Positions 9,568 through 18,699 of a DNA stretch of 64,000 bases are shown piece after piece (position 1 is the first letter of the stretch; every line of letters starts with the position of its first letter). The notes below the pieces were generated by a model. That model made no database searches. It saw only the letters and a list, made by a program, of their open reading frames with translations, and was not told the DNA's origin. A program made the position numbers and the translations under genes. Origin of the DNA: Terrimonas alba (GTDB lineage: Bacteria; Bacteroidota; Bacteroidia; Chitinophagales; Chitinophagaceae); contig NZ_JBHMQM010000009.1 in NCBI RefSeq assembly GCF_042434975.1, forward strand, positions 216,831 through 280,830, in the 5' to 3' direction.

Positions 9568-10773
9568 TTGAACCAACGTTTTTACTCCCTGGATGTTTTT
9601 CGCGGAGCCACCGTTTGCCTCATGATCCTGGTCAATAATCCCGGCTCCTGGGGACATATTTACCCGCCCTTAAAGCATGCCCCCTGGCATGGACTGACAC
9701 CTACCGATCTCGTTTTTCCTTTTTTTCTTTTTGCGGTGGGCAATGCCATGGCCTTTGTGATGCCCAGGTTGGAAGCAGCAGGTGATGCTGTTTTCTGGAA
9801 AAAAGTCATTAAACGAACCGTCATCATTTTTTTGATTGGCCTTTTTTTAAACTGGTGGCCCTTCTTCCGGTGGCAGGGCGATCAGCTCTCCTTTATCAAT
9901 TGGGTGAACGAAGAAGACCCGTCAAAAGGAGTGAGAATATTGGGTGTACTGCAACGAATAGCACTATGTTATTTTTTTGCCTCGGTGATTATTTATTACC
10001 TCAAACTAAAAAAAGCGTTTTATGTTGGCCTGGTAATCCTGCTGTTGTATTGGCTGCTTTGTTATGTTGGCAATCCAATCGACCCCTATAGCCTTAAAGG
10101 CTGGTTTGGGACCGCTATTGATAAAGATGTGTTGGGCATAGCCCATCTATATAAAGGAGAAGGCGTTCCTTTTGATCCTGAAGGCCTGGTAAGCACACTG
10201 CCGGCAATTGTAGAAGTAATACTGGGTTATATGGTGGGGGATTATATCCGGCAAAAAGGAAAACTGCTATCACTAGCTGCTGAATCCAATCAAAATAATC
10301 TCTACCCGATGTTGACCGGGCTATTTGTATCCGGCGTGGCGATGCTGCTGGCTGGCTTTTGCTGGGACATGATTTTCCCCATCAATAAAAAAATATGGAC
10401 AAGCTCTTACACTATTTATACCTCCGGCCTGGCTACGATCACCATTGCCACGATGATTTATATGATTGAAATAAAAAATATCAGGGGCGGGCTTGCCCGG
10501 TTCTTCGATGTGTTTGGGAAGAATGCATTATTTGTTTTTGCCCTGAGTGCTTTTCTGCCAAAAGGCCTGGCGCTGATCCGTATCCCTAATGGATTCAATG
10601 CTAAGGGTGAACCGCTATACACAAGTCCATGGAACTGGCTCTACCAGGAAGTATTGGTCAATATTCCCGGTGATCCAAGATTAGGATCCCTCCTGTTTGC
10701 GCTTTGTGTGATCTTATTTATGTGGTTCATTTGTTATTGGATGGACAGGAAAAAAATTTATGTGAAAGTTTAG
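9568..10773 (+). CDS. DUF5009/DUF1624 acyltransferase-like membrane protein (heparan-alpha-glucosaminide N-acetyltransferase-like)
   Basis: 401 aa, multi-TM. The N-terminus YSLDVFRGATVCLMILVNNPGSW...PWHGLTPTDLVFPFFLFAVG matches the HGSNAT-like family. It is divergent from the capsule locus. Confidence 0.7.
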   Translation: MNQRFYSLDVFRGATVCLMILVNNPGSWGHIYPPLKHAPWHGLTPTDLVFPFFLFAVGNAMAFVMPRLEAAGDAVFWKKVIKRTVIIFLIGLFLNWWPFFRWQGDQLSFINWVNEEDPSKGVRILGVLQRIALCYFFASVIIYYLKLKKAFYVGLVILLLYWLLCYVGNPIDPYSLKGWFGTAIDKDVLGIAHLYKGEGVPFDPEGLVSTLPAIVEVILGYMVGDYIRQKGKLLSLAAESNQNNLYPMLTGLFVSGVAMLLAGFCWDMIFPINKKIWTSSYTIYTSGLATITIATMIYMIEIKNIRGGLARFFDVFGKNALFVFALSAFLPKGLALIRIPNGFNAKGEPLYTSPWNWLYQEVLVNIPGDPRLGSLLFALCVILFMWFICYWMDRKKIYVKV

Positions 10774-11360
10774 TTTGTCGTAAGTGGGAAGGCGGAATAA
10801 TTAATGCACTCTTCGATTTGCTTGTTTTGGATGGCACAGTAATTGAAACCTGTGTCACAAGCAAAAATATTTATATGAAAAAGCCCTTCACAAAATTGAT
10901 CACTGCGTCGCTAAAAAAAATCAAACAGCATAAAGAGCAGTTGAAGAAATTTAGTTTTTCCAACTATAGGGAAGACTTTGTAATTACTTCACAGGAGGAA
11001 AGAGAAGGGGGCTTTTTTGGCCGGATAAATTTCAAAACATACCCTACTTTAAAAGAAGGATAAGCACTGCAGCCGGTATTTTTTTTACGCTGGCTCTTGT
11101 TATCGCCATTACCCGGAGAAAAGTGAAGCTGTTGCAATCTTTCCCCATTCAATAAGCCAAAGAAATATTTCTTTGGCTGTCCGGGTTATGCTTTACTGTA
11201 TTGGTACATTCCCCTTTTACTTGGCTGATAAACTAAGCCAGTATGAGAGAATCGGTAATTATGAAAAATCATAGCTCTGCAAATATGGTCTTTCATATTT
11301 TTTACAGGCAACTTACCACCTGCGACCAGTACTTTATTAATAAATGCATTACAATAAGTA

Positions 11361-11972
11361 TTACTTCGGCCACTTCTTCAGGTGCGGATTAAATTTTTCA
11401 AGTGGCCTTGGTAAAAAATAGCCGCGGATGCAATCGGGGTTGATCACGCAAACTTGTATATGCAATCTCGTGGAAACCGTTGCGCCGGGATAAGCTGCCG
11501 ATCCTTCCTGGAAAGCGCACCGCACCGTATCATACCGGTGTTTTCCTTCCTTTTTATTAGATTGATGGATATATTGAATGACGGCGCAATCAAGTGCTTT
11601 ATTATTGCCTTTGTTGACCGGCATGCCTTGCCCGGCCTCCCCCATTAATTTTTCAAGACCGGCATACGCCTCCTGTAATATTTTTAAAGATTGGTTTTCT
11701 ACCAGGTTTAAGCAATTGCCCAATTCAATATGAGCGCCAAGCACAAACGGAGTAACGATTGGAATTTTATTGAATTGTTTTCTTTCCGCACTTTCCCGGG
11801 CGTATTCAAAAGCCCTGATAGGATTTTGTTCCCAGAAATAAATTCCCTCTCCCAGCCAGTCCCAGGTATTTTGACTCGGCCTGAGTTCGTCATCTCCGTT
11901 TAATACACGTAGCCCTACTTCTCTATCACAACTATGGAAACCAATAATGCTGAAGGGATGATGATGAGGCAA
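11361..11972 (-). CDS. Hypothetical protein with an ADP-ribosyltransferase-like motif (DUF3990-like?)
   Basis: 203 aa with an apparent TTG start. The N-terminus has GFHSC followed by LGEGIYFWE. This resembles the H-x-S/T and GxG[IF]Y[FV] elements of H-Y-E ART-fold proteins and is only tentative. It is tightly coupled to the upstream small ORF. Confidence 0.45.
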   Translation of the reverse strand: MPHHHPFSIIGFHSCDREVGLRVLNGDDELRPSQNTWDWLGEGIYFWEQNPIRAFEYARESAERKQFNKIPIVTPFVLGAHIELGNCLNLVENQSLKILQEAYAGLEKLMGEAGQGMPVNKGNNKALDCAVIQYIHQSNKKEGKHRYDTVRCAFQEGSAAYPGATVSTRLHIQVCVINPDCIRGYFLPRPLEKFNPHLKKWPK

Positions 11973-11974
11973 TC

Positions 11975-12135
11975 CTACTTTTTCTTTTTATCGTCACGAT
12001 TTACCGCAGAAGTCGGTTCACGTTTAACGATGCCGGCCTCTTTAAGAAATTGTAGCGCAGCTTCTTTAGATTTGGCAGCATTTTCAGTTGCCTTTTGAAT
12101 GGTTCTGATCTGGTCTTGGATAAGGGTTTGAGTCA
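11975..12135 (-). CDS. Small hypothetical protein (53 aa), upstream partner of the ART-like ORF
   Basis: An ATG at 12135 gives MTQTLIQDQIRTIQKATENAAKSKEAALQFLKEAGIVKREPTSAVNRDDKKKK*. The stop is 3 nt before the next ORF start. It is below the 60-aa cutoff of the ORF track. Confidence 0.35.
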
Positions 12136-12284
12136 TGACGCAGTTTTTAGATGCACAAAATACAGTACAGCCATTCTAGTTCCAAAATTCTGGCCAAAAT
12201 GCCGGCATATTTTATTAACACCGGTTGAAAAAATTTATATGAGAACACCATTGCCCAAAGCTACCTAAAGTTTAGTTTAAGATT

Positions 12285-12320
12285 CCGGCACGTGGTGGCA
12301 CGTGCCGGGGCGTTCTTTTT
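12285..12320 (+). terminator. Perfect 10-bp inverted repeat plus T-run (intrinsic terminator-like, plus orientation)
   Basis: CCGGCACGTG-gtgg-CACGTGCCGG is followed by ggcgTTCTTTTT. No annotated plus-strand gene lies upstream. Confidence 0.35.
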
Positions 12321-12420
12321 ATAAACGGACACTAACCACCGCAGCAGGATATCGACACAGCACCGGGGCAGCAATAAGAAAGAAATGAAATACTTCATGG
12401 TTGCAAGTTTTTAACCTTTG

Positions 12421-12456
12421 ATGAATAAAGAACCCCGACTCGCTAAAATCGGGGGC
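12421..12456 (-). terminator. Intrinsic terminator of the 119-aa secreted-protein gene
   Basis: The hairpin CCCCGA...TCGGGG is followed on the minus strand by TTCTTTATT. Confidence 0.4.
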
Positions 12457-12547
12457 CCTAATCAAAAACCATTAACCATTAAACCTTATCCTATGAAGTT
12501 TCTAAATTAGAACTTGTCATTAAGAAAACCAATAAGCACATAAGCAT

Positions 12548-12907
12548 TTATTCTCCTTTAATTTGCTCTTTCGCCTTCACCACCACCTGCTCCTTCCCCT
12601 TATACAACTCAATCTTCCCCACCACACAAACCTCTTTATCAGTAAAAAGCTCTTCTGGTGTCTTTTCAAATTTCTTCCTCACTTCGCCCCATATTACAAT
12701 CGTCAAAAGCTGATTCGGATACGCGCCGCCAACATTGATAAACGTAGGGCTATTCTTTGCTTGCTCCAGGTACCGTATCCCATATACTTTCCCACAGACT
12801 TTTACACTGTCTCCTACATGCTTACTAACATCTTCAAGTTTAATCGGGGCTTGAGCCAAACTATTAGCAGCAATTAGCACGAATGCTAAGGAAAGTAAAT
12901 ATTTCAT
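12548..12907 (-). CDS. Secreted hypothetical protein (signal peptide, possible OB-fold)
   Basis: 119 aa starting MKYLLSLAFVLIAANSLAQA. No family was recognised. Confidence 0.55.
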   Translation of the reverse strand: MKYLLSLAFVLIAANSLAQAPIKLEDVSKHVGDSVKVCGKVYGIRYLEQAKNSPTFINVGGAYPNQLLTIVIWGEVRKKFEKTPEELFTDKEVCVVGKIELYKGKEQVVVKAKEQIKGE

Positions 12908-12987
12908 ATAATTAGCTTTGACTAAATTTGAGAACTTTCGGGGAATTAAAAAACCATGTTTCTACACCTTTTCCAAAAAACTTTAAA

Positions 12988-13200
12988 TTATTTCCAGGTT
13001 GTTGAAACTAATAAGTCCCTGATATCAATTTTTAAAGCCTTTGCTATTTCATATAGCGTTTCGATAGAAGGTTGATTTTGGTTTGTACACCACCTAGATA
13101 CTGTTTGTGGTTCTACACTTAATTGAGATGCAAGTTTTTTATTAGTTACTTTTTTTTCAGCCAAAGCTGCCTTAATTCTATTATACTGTATTGGCTTCAT
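12988..13200 (-). CDS. XRE-family helix-turn-helix transcriptional regulator
   Basis: 70 aa with ...KKLASQLSVEPQTVSRWCTNQNQPSIETLYEIAKAL, a classic HTH_3 domain. Confidence 0.75.
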   Translation of the reverse strand: MKPIQYNRIKAALAEKKVTNKKLASQLSVEPQTVSRWCTNQNQPSIETLYEIAKALKIDIRDLLVSTTWK

Positions 13201-13332
13201 ATTTACCTCGGAACGAAAACAAATATATCAATCCAGTAATTAATTGAATTTTAATAAGTTGTAACATAATTTGTTTATTAATAAACTAATTGTGTTAAAT
13301 AGATAACTTTATTTGTTTATAATTTAATAAAT

Positions 13333-13361
13333 TTTGTTTATTTTCACAACGATTATATTTG
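13333..13361 (+). promoter_or_regulatory. Candidate Bacteroidetes promoter (TTTG ... TAtaTTTG) in the AT-rich region upstream of susC
   Basis: aTTTTGtttattttcacaacgatTATATTTGcg. The spacing is 17 nt, which is short of the 19-21 nt consensus. It would give a leader of about 580 nt. Confidence 0.3.
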
Positions 13362-13947
13362 CGATTCTTCTATAAAATAATTTGAAGCATTCGCTTTGAA
13401 TCTCGCCTTGAAACCTCGGAAATTTCTAACGGAAACGAGATGATAAGTAGAATGCCCACGCTACGGCGTGGGCTCTCTTATTCGTTTCCGGGCTCACCGA
13501 GGGCCTCAAGGCGGTAAGTTGAGTTCCACGCCTAAATTTTTTTCAAAACGTACCCTCGTAAAAAATCAGGAAGATTATAGCTGGTTTATAAGCCAGCATC
13601 ATAGTAGAAGAACAACCTTCCAGGCAGGGAACTTTCTTACAGGGCTTCAAAGCGGCCAAACCTGTAAATATGAAAGTTCAGTACATCCACAAAGAACTTC
13701 ACTTATTGCTTACCCGCTTTGCGGTTAAACCAAAGAACCCCGTTTAAGGCAGGCTAAAACGGTTAGTAGCTCTCATGTCTTGTTAGGGCTACTTCGGTTA
13801 GTAGCACTCTTTAGAAACATTCATTTCATAACGACTCTTCCCAGGCTCTCCCCTAACAAATTCCACTTCCGTTTCTCTTCTCCTTTAGGAGAAGGTGGCT
13901 GAAAGCCGGATGAGGTGGGGAGCGGGGAGGGGGCCAAACTGCTTAAT

Positions 13948-16900
13948 ATGAAACCCCACTACTTCATCATCGCACTGCTATGCCCGCTCTTCAGCATGTG
14001 CCAAACCATACCTGTATCAGGCAACATCATCAACGAACACGGCGAGCCTGTTCCCTCCGCCACCATCACGGTAAAACGTACCAAACAATCGGTCACTGCC
14101 AACAGCAGTGGCCAGTTCACCATTCACCACTCACTGCTCACCGACACTTTCATCGTCTCCGCCATCGGTTACCTCTCCACCGAAGAGCCTAACAATGAAC
14201 GGGGTCAAATCACCATCATCTTAAAACGAAAGATCACCGAGCTCGACCAGGTATTGATACAAGCCTATGGCACTACCACCCGGCGGTTGAACACCGGCAG
14301 CATTGCTAAACTGGCGGGCGAGGATATCAGCCGCCAACCCGTACCAAATCCCCTGGCTGCATTACAGGGAAGAATCCCCGGCCTTGTCATTACCCAAACG
14401 AGCGGTGTGCCCGGCTCTTCATTTAACATTGAAATAAGAGGCCGCAGTTCATTAGACTTATCATTGTCCCGCAACGATCCCTTATTCATCATCAACGGTG
14501 TTCCTTTCGAACCCGGCAATCTTCCAACCAATCAATTAATATCCTCGGTTAACAAACCACGAAGCACCACCGAAGGTGGCCTTAGTCCCTTAAATACCAT
14601 CAACCCCGCCGACATCGAAAGCATCGAAGTATTAAAGGATGCCGATGCTACCGCCATCTACGGCAGCCGTGGCGCTGGCGGTGTCATTCTCATTACCACC
14701 AAAAAAACAACGGCCGGTAAAACAAGCATCATGGTTACTTCCAGCGCCGGTTTCAGCCGTGCTGCCCGCACCATGGATATGCTCAACACGGCACAATACC
14801 GGCAAATGCGCCGGGAAGCCCTGGCCAACGATGGCTTTACCCCCCAAGCCAACTTTCCTTATACCGATGGCTATGCACCTGACTTGCTGGTTTGGGATAC
14901 CACCGTTTTCATTGACTACAAAAAAGAATTGATCGGTAATACGGCTCATGCCTCGGATGCGCAAGTATCATTGTCTGGCGGCAACAATACCACGCAGTTT
15001 TTAATAGCCGGCAATTTCCACCGGGAAACAAACCTTTTTTCAAGATCGCTTACAGCCAATAAGTCCGGCTTGCACTTCAACATCAGTCACAGTTCCGCAA
15101 ATAAAAAATTCAACGCTTCACTCGCTGGCTTCTACACCAGTGATAAGAACAATCTGCTACAAAAAGACCTGACCCAGTTTTTGAACCTGCCGCCCAATTT
15201 AAAAATCTATAATGAAGCTGGCCATCCCAATTGGCTACAGGATGATATCCTGGTGCATAATCTCGATATGTCCTTTGCTTCCATTCCTGCCGCCGAATTA
15301 TTAAAGAAATACAAGGCCCTCAACGAAAACCTTTCATCCAATCTCCTTTTATCCTATTCCATCCTGCCCGGCCTGGTAGCCAAAGCTAGCCTTGGTTACA
15401 ATCGCTTCTTGACCGATGAAAACTCCATCATCCCTAAAGCAGCGCTAAGCCCTCAATCCAATGAATTAGCTTCTTCCAATTTTGCCAAATCATCTTCCTC
15501 CGGTTGGATCATAGAACCGCAATTGCACTGGAGTAAAAAAATAGCAAAAGGAATTGTAACGCTGTTGGCAGGCACCACCTGGCAGGAAAGAAAATACGCA
15601 GCTACATCCATAGCAGCTACCAACTATACCAATGATTTATTGCTCACTTCGCTGGATGCCGCAGGTCACATCAATGCATCGAACAGTTATAGCCTGTATC
15701 GTTACACCGCTTTCTTTGGCCGTTTCAATTATAATTGGCAAAACAAATACATACTGAACCTCACAGGTCGCAGGGATGGCTCCAGCCGCTTCGGCCCCGG
15801 TAATCGCTTTGCCAACTTTTCGTCCATCGGTATGGCATGGATATTTTCGGATGAACCATTTTTTAAGAAACTAAGCAACATCGTAAGTTTTGGAAAATTA
15901 AGAGCAAGCTATGGCTCTACCGGTAATGATCAGATCGGCGATTACAAATACCTCGACCGGTGGCGTTCGGCTTTCAATTCTTACCAGGGTTATCCCGGTC
16001 TGGTACCGTCTGCTCTCTACAACCCCGCCTATCAATGGGAGCGCAATAAGAAATGGGAAGCCGCTATTGAATGGGGCTTCTTCAGGGATAGGATTTTTTT
16101 ATCTGCCGCATACTATCGCAATCGAAGCAACAACCAGTTGATCAATTACAAACTGCCCAACCAGTCGGGCTTTTCATCCATCATTCAAAACTTGCCGGCA
16201 TTGGTTCAAAACACCGGTCTTGAATTTTCACTTACCTCCAAAAATTTTACAACAAACAAGTTTAGCTGGACCACTTCCCTCAATCTCACGTTCCCAAGGA
16301 ACAAGCTTATTTCATTTCCCGGCCTGGCAGAATCGGGTTATGCAGCAGTCTATAAAGAGGGATTACCACTCAGTATTTTCTCAGGATTCAACTACCTCGG
16401 TGTTGATCCGGCTACTGGTGTGTATACGGTGCAGGACATTAATAATGACGGCCAGTTTGACAACAGTGACTACAAGGTGCTCGGCAACACGGATCCAAAA
16501 TATTATGGCGGTATACAAAATAGTTTTACCTATGGAAGTTTTGAGCTAAGCATCTTCTTCGAAGGCAGGAAACAATTAGGTAAAAATTACCTGACCAGTT
16601 TGTTGGGCAATCAACCCGGCCTCGCTACCAACCAGCCGGTAGGCGTACTGGATCGTTGGCGGCATCCCGGTGATATTACCACGGTACAAAAGTTTTCCAG
16701 CAGCTACAGTGGCACAGCGGCATTTGGCGCATATTATTTCAGGAACTCAAATGCCATCTATACTGATGCCTCGTTCATTCGTTTAAAAACCATCTATGCT
16801 GCTTATAACATCCCATCCCATTTTTTAAGAAAGGCAAACATCGAAAGCCTGCGCATTTACCTGCAGGCACAAAACCTGTTCACCATCACAAGCTATCTCG

Positions 16901-16980
16901 GTTCCGATCCTGAAACACAGGATATACTCGTTCTGCCACCATTAAAAACAATCGCCTTCGGCATTCAACTTAAATTTTAA
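13948..16980 (+). CDS. SusC/RagA-family TonB-dependent outer-membrane transporter
   Basis: The start is refined to MKPHYFIIALLCPLFS (signal peptide). A carboxypeptidase-like regulatory domain, plug and beta-barrel follow. The C-terminal ...IAFGIQLKF is the typical terminal Phe. Confidence 0.9.
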   Translation: MKPHYFIIALLCPLFSMCQTIPVSGNIINEHGEPVPSATITVKRTKQSVTANSSGQFTIHHSLLTDTFIVSAIGYLSTEEPNNERGQITIILKRKITELDQVLIQAYGTTTRRLNTGSIAKLAGEDISRQPVPNPLAALQGRIPGLVITQTSGVPGSSFNIEIRGRSSLDLSLSRNDPLFIINGVPFEPGNLPTNQLISSVNKPRSTTEGGLSPLNTINPADIESIEVLKDADATAIYGSRGAGGVILITTKKTTAGKTSIMVTSSAGFSRAARTMDMLNTAQYRQMRREALANDGFTPQANFPYTDGYAPDLLVWDTTVFIDYKKELIGNTAHASDAQVSLSGGNNTTQFLIAGNFHRETNLFSRSLTANKSGLHFNISHSSANKKFNASLAGFYTSDKNNLLQKDLTQFLNLPPNLKIYNEAGHPNWLQDDILVHNLDMSFASIPAAELLKKYKALNENLSSNLLLSYSILPGLVAKASLGYNRFLTDENSIIPKAALSPQSNELASSNFAKSSSSGWIIEPQLHWSKKIAKGIVTLLAGTTWQERKYAATSIAATNYTNDLLLTSLDAAGHINASNSYSLYRYTAFFGRFNYNWQNKYILNLTGRRDGSSRFGPGNRFANFSSIGMAWIFSDEPFFKKLSNIVSFGKLRASYGSTGNDQIGDYKYLDRWRSAFNSYQGYPGLVPSALYNPAYQWERNKKWEAAIEWGFFRDRIFLSAAYYRNRSNNQLINYKLPNQSGFSSIIQNLPALVQNTGLEFSLTSKNFTTNKFSWTTSLNLTFPRNKLISFPGLAESGYAAVYKEGLPLSIFSGFNYLGVDPATGVYTVQDINNDGQFDNSDYKVLGNTDPKYYGGIQNSFTYGSFELSIFFEGRKQLGKNYLTSLLGNQPGLATNQPVGVLDRWRHPGDITTVQKFSSSYSGTAAFGAYYFRNSNAIYTDASFIRLKTIYAAYNIPSHFLRKANIESLRIYLQAQNLFTITSYLGSDPETQDILVLPPLKTIAFGIQLKF

Positions 16981-17099
16981 AATGAAACCCCAACCCTCCA
17001 TCCCGTCAAACTCTATCTGCTGTAGTTCACTAAGCCCCCTCTCTCCTGAGCTTGTCGAAGGACGGAGAGGGGTTGGGGTGAGGTCTAAAAACTTAATTA

Positions 17100-18484
17100 T
17101 GAAACAACACATCAACATTCCAATTGCAACCATAAGTGCATTGCTCTTGCTATTCTTTACAGGCTTAATGTCCTGCAAAAAATTCCTGGCCATCCCTCCT
17201 TCACAAACAGAAACCCAAACAAAACAAATCTTTGAAAACGATGATGCCGCTGTGTCAGCTACTACTGGGTTATACAACCAAATGCTCACCAGTAATCTTT
17301 GGCTGGCCAATGGCGGCGTTACGGTATACAGTGGGTTGTCAGCCGATGAATTGGTAAACACCAACTCAGCGATGGCTGTAGATGGTTTCACTGCAAACAC
17401 GCTGATGCCGGATAACGAGATACTGGCAGCTAATTTTTGGATACCGGCCTATAAAACCATTTACCATGCCAATGCAATTCTCGAAGGTTTGCAGAATACT
17501 TCAGCCTTAACACCCGCTGTGCATAGCCAGCTACAAGGAGAAGCCTTGTTGGTAAGAGCCCTCCATTATTTTTACCTCGTTAATCTCTTTGGTGATGTTC
17601 CCTTATTAATAACATCAGGCTATCAAATAAACAGCCGTTCTCCCCGTAAAGAAGCTTCGGTCGTTTATGAACAAATCATCGCCGACTTGGAAACAGCAAA
17701 AACACTGTTGAATGTCAATTATCCTTCGGCAGGCAGAACAAGACCCAATCAATTCACGGTAGAAGCGCTACTGGCAAGGGTGTATCTATACAAAGGGGAT
17801 TGGTCAAAAGCAACGATAGCGGCAACGGCAATCATAGATGCAGGCCTCTATGAATTGGTCACCGACATTGACCAGGCTTTTGTAATGGATTCACCGGAAG
17901 CAATCTGGCAGCTCGTCACGGACAATTACAATACTGCCGAGGCAGCGGCTTTTATTCCGGCACTGAGCTTTTTCAAACCTGCTTATGTTGCAACGGACCA
18001 TTTATTAAATGCGTTTGAACCCGGTGACACCCGAAAAGAAAAATGGCTGAAGCTAAGTACCGCAGGTGGTCAAAACAATTACTATCCTTTCAAGTATAAA
18101 ATGCGATCGGCTGCACCCACTACTGAATACTATATGATATTTCGACTGGCAGAACAGTTTTTGATTAGGGCAGAAGCCCGGGCACAGCTGGGTAACATAG
18201 CAGGAGCAATAGCAGACCTTAATATCATCCGTCACCGCGTCAGCTTAGGTGATACTCCGGCAAATAATAAAGTGAGTCTTTTAGAAGCTATCCAACACGA
18301 ACGAAGAACAGAGCTCTTTGCCGAATGGGGCCATCGTTGGTTCGACCTGAAAAGAACGAATACAGCAGATGCCATACTGCAAACAATAAAAGCTCCTCAC
18401 TGGCAGCCAGCTGACACACTCTATCCAATCCCATTAGCTGAAATAAAAACAAATCCATTCCTAATCCAAAACCCCGGCTATTAG
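17100..18484 (+). CDS. SusD/RagB-family nutrient-binding outer-membrane lipoprotein
   Basis: The start is refined to MKQHINIPIATISALLLLFFTGLMSCKK (lipoprotein signal). The TPR-like SusD body ends ...DLKRTNTADAILQ.... Confidence 0.85.
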
Positions 18485-18597
18485 TTCTTTAAACATCGGG
18501 ATTAAGAAAACTGTTGAGAGAAGCGTTAAGCGGCGCAAATGATGAGTAGAATTACAAAAGTTGAAGTCACAGTAGTGCAAAAGCTTAATCAGGGTAC

Positions 18598-18640
18598 GGT
18601 CCCGAAAACGGGCTGTAATCGTTTTCGGGGGTCCTTTTTG
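18598..18640 (+). terminator. Intrinsic terminator after susD
   Basis: CCGAAAACG-ggctgtaat-CGTTTTCGG followed by GGGTCCTTTTTGG. Confidence 0.5.
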
Positions 18641-18699
18641 GTTACTTTTTTGGACAAGCAAAAAAGTAAAAAGACAATCATTTAATTAAAATCAACCCC

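Noticed and set aside
10704-11063. 119-aa plus ORF overlapping the 3' end of the HGSNAT-like gene
   Set aside because: It overlaps the preceding gene by 70 nt in another frame and has low complexity. At best a shorter ORF from the ATG at 10866 (MKKPFTKL...) could be real, but nothing supports it.
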